Below are positions 1-7,979 of a DNA stretch of 32,000 nt, piece by piece. The DNA lies in the NCBI GenBank assembly GCA_023439545.1, contig JAEXNT010000076.1, forward strand, positions 1-32,000, read 5' to 3'. The notes beneath the pieces are model-generated. The model worked only from the letters and a program-made list of their open reading frames with translations. It was not told the origin of the DNA and did no database searches. Origin of the DNA: Bacillota bacterium. GTDB taxonomy: Bacteria; Bacillota; Clostridia; Acetivibrionales; DTU013. Made by a program: the position numbers and the translations under genes. Every line of letters begins with the position of its first letter. Position 1 is the stretch's first letter.

Positions 1-1
1 A

Positions 2-119
2 ACCGCTTTAGCGGTAGCTTGAAAAACCATGCGGTTGGCGGACTTTTCGTAGGGCTTTCAGCCCTGCCAGTAACATGCCCTTACAGGGCAAGAGCAAACC
101 GCCGGCTAAGCCGGCGGTT
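2..119. repeat. Cluster of five short GC-rich stem-loops, truncated by the window edge; function unknown
   Basis: Perfect stems: accgc/gcggt 2-15; aacc/ggtt 25-36; agggct/agccct 51-65; tgccct/agggca 76-90; aaccgccggc/gccggcggtt 97-119. Loops are 3-4 nt. The AACCGC...GCGGTT theme recurs three times. Confidence 0.5.
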
Positions 120-151
120 ATGATTTAGAAAAGAACGAGGTATCACCAACA

Positions 152-1417
152 ATGCCGAAAAAACATATGGTTATTCTGGCGGCCATACTGATTTTTTGTA
201 CTGCTGCTGGTATTTTTCTTTTTAACCTGCTCAACAGGACAACATCCTCTCCTGTTATCAGCGAAGATGATAATGCAAGGAAATGGACGGCTGATCTAAG
301 GTATGTAAAAAAAAAGCTGCCTGTTTTGCATAAAAATCTGTTTTTTTATTTGTCGAAGGATGAGTTTGATAGTGAAATGGAAGAACTGATAAGCAAGGTC
401 GACGTACTGAGCGATCTGGAGATAAAAGCCGGACTTGCAAGGATAGTAAATTCGGTAAGGGATAGCCATACCAGCGTAAATATAAGAGGAGAGCAGTTAT
501 ATCCATTCAGTTTTTTTGAGTTTGAAGACGGTATCTACTTAACGAACGCATCTGAAAATTATAAGGAGTTGTGGGGTAAAAAGCTCGTTGCAGTGAACGG
601 ATACGATATAGATACGCTCCGTGAAAAGCTGAATCCATACATATCACAGGATAATCAGGCGATATCGAAGAACCAGTTCTGCAGTTTGCTGACTTCACTA
701 AATGTGTTGAAAATGGCGGGGGTAGCAGCAGAAGAAGCTGTAAGCTTTTCCTTTGAAGGACAGGATGTGATCGTTAAACCGCTGAATATCAACAACGTCG
801 ATAATGTCAGGTTTCTTTCTGATGACAGTGAATTCAGGGCTTTATATCCGCTTCCCAAGAAAAAGGATGATATTTATTGGTATCAATACGATGATAAGTC
901 CGGTATAGTGTATGTAAGATATAACTCCTGTTCGAATATGAAGGATTACTCCTTCAGCAAATTTACCAGGGATGTATTCGATACCGTAGACAGTAAAAAT
1001 GCCACAACCATGGTTATTGACCTGCGGGACAATGGCGGTGGAAATTCAATGATTTTCGATCCGTTCATCGGTGAGATAAAAAAACATTATACTATAAACA
1101 ACAAGGACAGTCTTTATGTAATTGTCGGCAGAAGTACATTTTCATCCGCGATATTGAATGCGATGGATCTCAAGCAGAAAACGAATGCAACAGTGATCGG
1201 CGAACCGACCGGGGGCAGACCGAACCATTTCGGAGAGGTCAAGGTGCTGCATTTATCGAATGTTGACCTGGATATCCAATATTCGAGCAATTACTTCAAA
1301 ACTACCGACGAAGATACCGATTCTCTTTACCCGGACGTTGAAACGCCATTAAAAGCAGCTTCGTATTTTAAAGGACAGGATGATTGCCTGAATTATATCT
1401 ATGGCGCTTTGAAATGA
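152..1417 (+). CDS. Membrane-anchored S41-family (C-terminal processing/tail-specific type) peptidase-like protein
   Basis: 421-aa ORF with GAGG 11 nt upstream of the ATG. N-terminal hydrophobic anchor (VILAAILIFCTAAGIFLF). DLRDNGGGN matches the S41 DLRxNxGG motif. VIVGRSTFSSA and GEPTGG resemble the S41 Ser-nucleophile region. Confidence 0.6.
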   Translation: MPKKHMVILAAILIFCTAAGIFLFNLLNRTTSSPVISEDDNARKWTADLRYVKKKLPVLHKNLFFYLSKDEFDSEMEELISKVDVLSDLEIKAGLARIVNSVRDSHTSVNIRGEQLYPFSFFEFEDGIYLTNASENYKELWGKKLVAVNGYDIDTLREKLNPYISQDNQAISKNQFCSLLTSLNVLKMAGVAAEEAVSFSFEGQDVIVKPLNINNVDNVRFLSDDSEFRALYPLPKKKDDIYWYQYDDKSGIVYVRYNSCSNMKDYSFSKFTRDVFDTVDSKNATTMVIDLRDNGGGNSMIFDPFIGEIKKHYTINNKDSLYVIVGRSTFSSAILNAMDLKQKTNATVIGEPTGGRPNHFGEVKVLHLSNVDLDIQYSSNYFKTTDEDTDSLYPDVETPLKAASYFKGQDDCLNYIYGALK

Positions 1418-1458
1418 CGCTATGAATGAACTAAAGGCTAAGAAGTCCGAAAAAACAG

Positions 1459-1491
1459 GAACCAGGCGCTGGACATGACTGCGCCTGGTTC
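1459..1491 (+). terminator. Terminator-like hairpin after the S41 peptidase gene
   Basis: 11-bp perfect stem gaaccaggcgc/gcgcctggttc with an 11-nt loop. An A-run lies upstream. The downstream T-tract is poor (ttctgcatt), so efficiency on the + strand is uncertain. Confidence 0.4.
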
Positions 1492-1606
1492 TTCTGCATT
1501 ATAACGGTATTAGACCGGGTTTTCAATATATGTGCCAATTGAGATAGATAACAGAGGAAATAGTAAATATTTATAGAATACTTATATAATATTACAAAGC
1601 CAGTTA

Positions 1607-2884
1607 ATGGAGGTCATGGAAATGGGTGTATTGAGCGCTTTTCGCAAAAAAGAGGACGTATCGGCCCTGTTGAGCCAACTGAAGGACGATTCGATTGCAA
1701 AGAGACAGAATGCACTCGATAAACTGGAGAAGCTTCAGATTACTGTGGAAGATGGCCTGAAGATAATTCAAGCTTCGAAGGACAAGTATCCTCCGTTGAA
1801 ATACGAATGGCAGGATATTCAGGCAAAGCTTATCGATATTTGTTCCGGAAGGCCTTACGCGGAATATGTGGACAAGCTGGACCAAATATTCGATGGACTC
1901 GGTTCGCAAGCAAAGCTTGCGGTTTATCAATTCCTGACGACTTATGAGAACGAGCGTGCGCTGATCACTTACCTTAAGCTCCTTGACAAGGAAGGCGGTA
2001 AAATGAAGCGCCTGCCGACCGGAAGCCTGTATGACCGGCCGAGGTTTCCGGAAATATTGTTTCCCAGGCTTTTATCCCATGCCCGAAACAAGGACATTTC
2101 GGACGATATTTATCTGGTTCTGCTCAACTATTTCAACAGCCGGATGATCACCGAAAATATGATAAAGGATTACAGGAACAGTATCGCGGAGGATATACTG
2201 AACTCCGCGAATGAAGTAAGTCTTTACATGCAGGAGAAGTTGAAGGGATCCATCTGGGATGACGAGGATTATATGGGTCTCCGTAACAGGGCTGGCGTCC
2301 ACCTCGATCTTGCAGGCTATATAAGTAATCCTAGGATAATTCTGGTTTTGAGGAATATGATGAGTACCGGGGATATGAGGCTGAAAATGTTTGCAGCGCT
2401 ATCGCTGCTTCGTCTCGGAGAAGGGATCGAGGCTGAGGACGCCCTAGAAATAGCTGCGGACAGTGAAATGCGCAACTGGTTTTATAACGGGCTTCAAAAT
2501 ATCGGGCAAAAAGAAATTTTTCCCGTGCAGTATGAAAACCAGGCCAGCTTTGCGGAATCAAACATGGTCGACTGGCTGACATATCCGACAGAACTGGGGA
2601 GGGTGCCCGACCGGATAGAACTTATGAACGTATTTGAAGATGGGGAAAACGTATACTACCTATTCAGGTTCCGCTGCATCAGCGACGGCAATTGGCGTGA
2701 AGAAGGCTGGATGGCAGGCGTATCCGGCCCGTATGCAAAAAAGGAAGAACCGTCTACTAAGGCAGGAGGCCACACTTTCAGCAGGTTTGAAAAATGGGAT
2801 AGTAAAACGCCGAAGGAGCATTTTGCCAGTATTGTGGGCAATGTCAAGGAATTTTGGATGAAAAGGGCGGAAGAGCTTAAATAG
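1607..2884 (+). CDS. Hypothetical protein (about 420 aa), no family recognised; helical-repeat-like N-terminus
   Basis: Long ORF with coding-like composition. GGAGG at 1609-1613 favours the in-frame ATG at 1622 (MGVLSAF...) over the 1607 ATG. I recognised no catalytic motif. Confidence 0.55.
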   Translation: MEVMEMGVLSAFRKKEDVSALLSQLKDDSIAKRQNALDKLEKLQITVEDGLKIIQASKDKYPPLKYEWQDIQAKLIDICSGRPYAEYVDKLDQIFDGLGSQAKLAVYQFLTTYENERALITYLKLLDKEGGKMKRLPTGSLYDRPRFPEILFPRLLSHARNKDISDDIYLVLLNYFNSRMITENMIKDYRNSIAEDILNSANEVSLYMQEKLKGSIWDDEDYMGLRNRAGVHLDLAGYISNPRIILVLRNMMSTGDMRLKMFAALSLLRLGEGIEAEDALEIAADSEMRNWFYNGLQNIGQKEIFPVQYENQASFAESNMVDWLTYPTELGRVPDRIELMNVFEDGENVYYLFRFRCISDGNWREEGWMAGVSGPYAKKEEPSTKAGGHTFSRFEKWDSKTPKEHFASIVGNVKEFWMKRAEELK

Positions 2885-2989
2885 CAGGGATGTCAGAAAC
2901 ATTGATTATAAGTTTACATTACCTACCATACGGAACTGGATTGGTATATACTTGAATAAGCTCAATGAAATGTAAAGGGAAGGCAACGT

Positions 2990-3976
2990 ATGCTTAAACT
3001 CAGATTTCTTTTCAACAATGAAGCCCTCGCCGCAATGATCCTTGAAAACTGGAGGCACGATGCCGATTCGGGAGAAATGCTGAAATACTTCCGCATATCT
3101 TCAAATGCAGTGTATCCGTTCAAATCGGACGGCAGGGTCTGCTTTTTGAGGTTTGCCCCCATTTCGGAAAAAGATCCGGTGCAGGTTACCGGAGAGCTTG
3201 AATTCATAGAATATCTGAAACGGTCGGGTTATAATGCTCCGGCTGTCATACCGTCGGTAAAAGGCAGGCTGCTGGAAATATTGAAAACTCCCTGGGGAGA
3301 ATATGAGGCGGCAGCCTTTGAAGGAGTGCCTGGCAGACAGCTGGACGGGTTGGAGCCGGATGAAGCGGTCATTTGCGGCTATGGCCGGGCATTGGGTAGG
3401 CTGCATAAGCTGTCGGCCGGTTATTGCCCTAAACTCCGTAAACGCTGGAGCTGGCAGGAGGCCCTTGTCTGGATACGGGACGTGTTATCGGAGTTCCCGG
3501 ACGAGGAAGCGGCCGTAAAGGAAGCAGGACTGCTGGAGAAGTTCTTTTCAAGATTACCGGCCGATGAGAAAAACTATGGTCTTATCCATTACGATTTCGA
3601 AACGGACAACGTGTTTTTCGAAAAAGAAAAGCTCGAGTATCATATAATAGACTTTGACGACGCAATGTATCACTGGTATGCGATGGATATAGAACAGGCG
3701 CTGGATAGCCTTACTGAAGATATGGCACTACAGGAGGCCGAACATTTCAGGAACTGCTTCATCGAGGGGTATCGTTCACAGTTCGGTTTTACTGACGATA
3801 TGCTTGCTCTTTTACCGGTTTTCAGGCGTTTTGCGAATTTGTACGGCTACGCGCGCATCATTCGTTCTACCCGGGAAATCTGGGAAAATGAGCCCGAATG
3901 GATGCGAGACTTGAGAAACAATCTGGAAATGCTGCGCGAAAGAAGGGCGACCCACTTCGGGAAGCCGATAGAGTAA
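2990..3976 (+). CDS. Phosphotransferase-family kinase (APH / choline-kinase-like fold)
   Basis: 328-aa ORF with GGGAAGG 7 nt upstream of the ATG. LIHYDFETDN matches the HxDxxxxN catalytic loop, and IIDFDDA supplies the DFD metal-binding motif typical of aminoglycoside/homoserine-kinase-type phosphotransferases. Confidence 0.65.
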   Translation: MLKLRFLFNNEALAAMILENWRHDADSGEMLKYFRISSNAVYPFKSDGRVCFLRFAPISEKDPVQVTGELEFIEYLKRSGYNAPAVIPSVKGRLLEILKTPWGEYEAAAFEGVPGRQLDGLEPDEAVICGYGRALGRLHKLSAGYCPKLRKRWSWQEALVWIRDVLSEFPDEEAAVKEAGLLEKFFSRLPADEKNYGLIHYDFETDNVFFEKEKLEYHIIDFDDAMYHWYAMDIEQALDSLTEDMALQEAEHFRNCFIEGYRSQFGFTDDMLALLPVFRRFANLYGYARIIRSTREIWENEPEWMRDLRNNLEMLRERRATHFGKPIE

Positions 3977-3990
3977 CAACAAAAATAATA

Positions 3991-4019
3991 TTTACAAATA
4001 GACAGCGCAAGAATATAAT
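3991..4019 (+). promoter_or_regulatory. Sigma-A-type promoter for the metG T-box leader
   Basis: TTTACA (3991-3996), 17-nt spacer, TATAAT (4014-4019). Confidence 0.55.
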
Positions 4020-4034
4020 ACAGTAAAATAAGCA

Positions 4035-4347
4035 ATTTGCAATGATAAGGGAAAGTAAGTTCGCGGTTTACCGGCACAGAGATCCCTATAGCTGAGAAAG
4101 GGAACGGCGGAGCGAGCCGAACAGGCCTTTGAGCACTGCACCGAACGGTAATGACGATAACCGACATCTGTCGGGCCATACCAATGTAGGCTACAGCGGG
4201 CGCACCCGTTATAATGCCCAAGTATAACCGTATTTTGTGCGGCGTACTGGCTGAGACCGATACTGTGAAGCATCGGCAAACAGGGGTGGTATCGCGAAGC
4301 ATAGCTCTCGTCCCCAGGAAAGGTTCCTGGCGGCGGGGGTTTTTTTA
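4035..4347 (+). promoter_or_regulatory. T-box leader (tRNA-sensing riboswitch), probable Met specifier, with intrinsic terminator
   Basis: K-turn-like AAUGAUAAG plus GAAAGUAAG at 4040-4058. AG bulge AGAGA at 4078-4082. Distal hairpin uccCU/AGgga with loop AUAGCUGAGAA at 4083-4103. Candidate specifier AUG followed by A at 4151-4154. T-box sequence GGGGUGGUAUCGCG at 4284-4297, whose UGGU would pair with an ACCA tRNA 3' end. Hairpin ccagg/cctgg followed by a T7 run at 4340-4346. Lies directly upstream of metG. Confidence 0.85.
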
Positions 4348-4417
4348 TTGGCTTGCGGCGATACTGAAAAAAATTCGGACAACAGGGTAACTTAAATATA
4401 TAAAGCGGAGGTATTGT

Positions 4418-6457
4418 ATGAACAGCGAATATAACAACGGAGCAATGACCGAAAGCTTACCAGGCGCAGAAGGGCGGCCTGCATTCCCCAAACGTGCGGT
4501 AATAACGGGAGGAATGCCGTACGGTAACAAGGAACTGCACCTTGGGCATGTAGGAGGAGTATTTGTCCATGCAGACACTTATGCCCGCTTTCTTCGGGAC
4601 CGTATCGGAAAAGAAAACGTAATATTCGTTTCGGGTACTGACTGCTATGGTTCGCCGATCCTGGAGCACTACCGCAAACTTGCGGAAAACGGTGATTTTG
4701 CAGGTACGATACAGGATTTTGTGGAATTGAACCATAAACGGCAGAAGGAAGTTCTGGACGCCTACCACATCAGCGCCAACCTGTTTGCAGCCTCGGGGAT
4801 AGGCCGTGCCGCGGAGATCCACAGGGAGGTTTCGGAGAATTTTATCAAGCGCCTGTATGAAAACGGCCATCTCCAGAAAATAACAACGTCGCAGTTCTAC
4901 GATAAGAAGTTTGAAGTTTTCCTGAACGGACGCCAGGTTGTCGGACAGTGTCCGATTGCGGGCTGCTCGTCGGAAAGGGGTTATGCTGACGAGTGCTCGC
5001 TGGGACACCAGTATATGCCGTCGGAGCTGATAAACCCTAAAAGTACTCTTTCCGGTGAAAAGCCCGAGATGAGGGATGTCACGAACTGGTACTTCAGACT
5101 GGACAATTTTCACGATCTTATAGGCGAATGGACGGAAGCGTTGGAAAATAAGCCGGGCACACGTGAGTTTGTCGTCAAGAGTATAAGGGAGTTCCTGGAA
5201 CCTCCGGTTGTTTTCATAAAGCGCGATCAATATGAGCTGTTCAGCGCAGTTTCAGATAAACTTCCGCACTTTGAAATTATCGACGAAGAAAGAAAACCTT
5301 CGTTCTCCCTTGTATTCGATACTCTCGAGGACAGGGAAAATGCCTGTTCACACTTAAGCGCAGGTTCTGTCAGATACCGTACGGGGAAAACACTGGTACC
5401 GTTCAGGCTTACGGGTAATATCGAATGGGGCGTTCCCGCACCCGCTATCGAGGATATGGAAAAGCTCACTATATGGGTATGGCCGGAGTCGCTATGGGCC
5501 CCGATATCCTTCACCATGGCTTACCTGGAGCAGCAGGGCAAAAGCAGGGATACCTGGAAGGACTGGTGGTGCAGCAGTGCTGCGGGAGTATATCAGTTTA
5601 TCGGGGAGGACAATGTTTACTTCTATGGGCCGGCCGAGATGGCGATGTTTATGGGGCAGCAGGGTGAAAAGCCGTCATCGCAGCCTCCTGAAGGACAGCT
5701 CCGGCTTCCCTGGCTTATAGTCAACAATCACCTGTTGTTCCTCGACAAAAAGGCAAGCAGCAGCGACGCCGTAAAACCTCCGTTGGCGGCAGAACTCCTC
5801 GGGCACTATACTGCAGAGCAGCTAAGAGCGCATTTTCTCGGGCTGGGGCTGGGAATAAAGAGCGTAAGCTTTCAGCCTAAGCCCTTTAATCCAAAGGCCT
5901 CCGAGAAGGACAGCGATCCCGTACTGAAGGAGGGAAACCTGCTGTCGAACGTGTTCAACCGTGCCGTACGCTCCTGTTTCTACACTGCGCAGAAATATTT
6001 CGACGGAAGGATACCTGTCGGCGATGTAAGCTTCGAAATAGCGGAGGCGGCTAAGAAGGTCATACTGGAATATGAAAGGCTGATGTCTGAATTCAAGTTC
6101 CACCAGGTGATGAGCCTCATGGATAATTACATCAGGAATATGAACAAATACTGGTCGGGGCGCTCCAGGCAGGCGGACGAAGCCGATGATACTGGCATTC
6201 GGGCACTGCTGCTGGCAGACATGTTCCATATGGTAAGGACCGCGGCAATACTCATGCATCCTATCGCTCCCGAGGGCACTGAAATGATACGCGAATACCT
6301 TGGCTTCGGTGAGGAATTCTGGCACTGGGACCGTGTTTTCGATACCGTATACAGCTTTATGGAGGATCCGGCGGTACACAAGCTGAAGTTCCTCGAACCC
6401 AGGGTCGACTTCTTCAGGAAGCACCCCAGCCAGATTCGCCAGGACGGGGAAGTTTGA
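4418..6457 (+). CDS. metG: Methionine--tRNA ligase
   Basis: 679-aa ORF with GGAGG 7 nt upstream. HIGH motif is HLGH within PYGNKELHLGHVGG. One Cys knuckle (CPIAGCSSERGYADEC). The region aligning to E. coli NGAKMSKSRGTFI...LNHFDADSLRYYY reads LDKKASSSDAVKPP...LGHYTAEQLRAHF. Preceded by the T-box. Confidence 0.9.
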   Translation: MNSEYNNGAMTESLPGAEGRPAFPKRAVITGGMPYGNKELHLGHVGGVFVHADTYARFLRDRIGKENVIFVSGTDCYGSPILEHYRKLAENGDFAGTIQDFVELNHKRQKEVLDAYHISANLFAASGIGRAAEIHREVSENFIKRLYENGHLQKITTSQFYDKKFEVFLNGRQVVGQCPIAGCSSERGYADECSLGHQYMPSELINPKSTLSGEKPEMRDVTNWYFRLDNFHDLIGEWTEALENKPGTREFVVKSIREFLEPPVVFIKRDQYELFSAVSDKLPHFEIIDEERKPSFSLVFDTLEDRENACSHLSAGSVRYRTGKTLVPFRLTGNIEWGVPAPAIEDMEKLTIWVWPESLWAPISFTMAYLEQQGKSRDTWKDWWCSSAAGVYQFIGEDNVYFYGPAEMAMFMGQQGEKPSSQPPEGQLRLPWLIVNNHLLFLDKKASSSDAVKPPLAAELLGHYTAEQLRAHFLGLGLGIKSVSFQPKPFNPKASEKDSDPVLKEGNLLSNVFNRAVRSCFYTAQKYFDGRIPVGDVSFEIAEAAKKVILEYERLMSEFKFHQVMSLMDNYIRNMNKYWSGRSRQADEADDTGIRALLLADMFHMVRTAAILMHPIAPEGTEMIREYLGFGEEFWHWDRVFDTVYSFMEDPAVHKLKFLEPRVDFFRKHPSQIRQDGEV

Positions 6458-6510
6458 CTTTGAATTTTCATGGGAATATAATTTCATATAAACTGGAAGG
6501 GTGGAATGGT

Positions 6511-7881
6511 TTGAGAAAATTAGGAGCTCTGGTATTGATCATATCGGTCTTGATGACGTTTGCAGGCTGTAATTTGAAAACAGGTGACCCAACCACGCCC
6601 GGTACTGCTCCCGGTCATAACAGTACCGGCGGTACTTCTGTCGATGAGAGCGGGGATACGACTGAAGGACAGTCGGCGGAACAGGACACGACTGTATCGG
6701 ATGGCGGCCAGGCTTCGGAAACACAGCAGCAAACAGGCCAAAACAGCCAGACGGGACAGAACGGCCAAGGTGGCCCGGGTAAGTCCATCGAAGCCAGGGT
6801 GGAAAAGATGCTGGACAGCATGAGTATGGCGGAAAAAATCGGGCAGATGTTTGTCGTAGGCTTTGACGGTACGGAACCAGGCGCCGATTTAAAGGAAATG
6901 ATAAAAAACCGGTATGTAGGCGGAGTGATACTGTTCCAGCGTAATGTGAAGGATCCCGGACAGCTGCTCGGGCTCAACAATTCCATAAAGGAAATCAATA
7001 AGTCAAATAAGGCGCCTTTATTAATATCGGTGGATGAAGAGGGCGGCAGGGTCAGCAGGATGCCCGACCGGTTCAGAGACATGCCCGAGGCGCTTTCGGT
7101 CGGCAATACCAAAAACAGCGGTTACGCTTATGATATCGGCGGAATACTTGCCGGGGAGACGGCAGCGTTCGGCTTCAACACCGATTTTGCCCCGGTGCTC
7201 GACATTTGGAGCAATCCCAAGAATACGGTCATAGGCGACCGGGCGTTCGGTAAAGACCCGGAAACAGTGAGCGGTATGGGCATTCAGGTTATGAACGGTA
7301 TCAGAGACGGCGGGATAATTCCGGTTGTGAAGCATTTTCCAGGACACGGCGACACGGTTACCGATTCCCATGTCGGCCTGCCCAAAGTCGATTATGGTAT
7401 GGACAGGCTTGAAAGCTTCGAGCTGGTTCCGTTTAAAAATGCTATAGCTGAAGGGGCGGAAGCTGTCATGGTTGCACATATACTGATGAGCGCCCTGGAT
7501 AATAAATATCCGGCCTCTCTTTCAAAGGCTGTCATAACCGATCTGCTGCGCGATAAAATGGGTTTCGATGGCGTTGTAATAACCGACGACATGACAATGG
7601 GAGCTATCGCAGAAAACTACAGCATAGGCAAAGCCGCCGTGAGGTCGGTACTGGCAGGCGCAGATATAATACTTGTGTGCCACGGGACAGAAAGCCAGAA
7701 GCTGGCTATGGATTCGGTGGAGGCCGCCGTCAAAAACGGAACGATACCTGCCGCACGGATTGACGAGAGCGTCGGCCGGATACTAAGGCTCAAATACAAG
7801 TTTGAGCTTTCGGATAGAACCATTAAGTCGGTAAATGTCGAAGAGCTGAACAAAAAAATTGAAGCGGTTTTGACCGAATGA
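6511..7881 (+). CDS. GH3-family beta-N-acetylhexosaminidase-like lipoprotein (NagZ-type catalytic domain)
   Basis: KHFPGHGDT and GFDGVVITDD are GH3 N-terminal-domain motifs. An in-frame TTG at 6511, with GGAAGGGTGG upstream, gives (M)RKLGALVLIISVLMTFAGC, a lipobox signal peptide. The ORF-track ATG at 6454 would add 19 non-signal residues and overlap metG. A Thr/Gln/Gly-rich linker follows the Cys. Confidence 0.8.
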   Translation: MRKLGALVLIISVLMTFAGCNLKTGDPTTPGTAPGHNSTGGTSVDESGDTTEGQSAEQDTTVSDGGQASETQQQTGQNSQTGQNGQGGPGKSIEARVEKMLDSMSMAEKIGQMFVVGFDGTEPGADLKEMIKNRYVGGVILFQRNVKDPGQLLGLNNSIKEINKSNKAPLLISVDEEGGRVSRMPDRFRDMPEALSVGNTKNSGYAYDIGGILAGETAAFGFNTDFAPVLDIWSNPKNTVIGDRAFGKDPETVSGMGIQVMNGIRDGGIIPVVKHFPGHGDTVTDSHVGLPKVDYGMDRLESFELVPFKNAIAEGAEAVMVAHILMSALDNKYPASLSKAVITDLLRDKMGFDGVVITDDMTMGAIAENYSIGKAAVRSVLAGADIILVCHGTESQKLAMDSVEAAVKNGTIPAARIDESVGRILRLKYKFELSDRTIKSVNVEELNKKIEAVLTE

Positions 7882-7979
7882 TATAATGTATCCGAAAGCA
7901 ACTGTAAAGAGGATACGTTATACCGCTCCGCGGGAATTTGTACGCATAAAGATAGTTTTTACCGGAGGATTGGCTGAAA

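Noticed and set aside
85-120. c-di-GMP-I (GEMM-I) riboswitch, suggested by CAGGGCAAGAGCAAACC
   Set aside because: The second conserved half (GGGACGCAAAGCC and its helix) is absent downstream.
4457-6487. Antisense ORFs of 257 aa and 221 aa inside metG
   Set aside because: Shadow ORFs opposite a confidently identified metG. Their composition is non-protein-like and they have no RBS.
6454-6510. ORF-track ATG start of the GH3 gene overlapping the metG stop
   Set aside because: The in-frame TTG at 6511 has a good RBS and yields a canonical lipoprotein signal peptide. The upstream 19 codons look non-coding.
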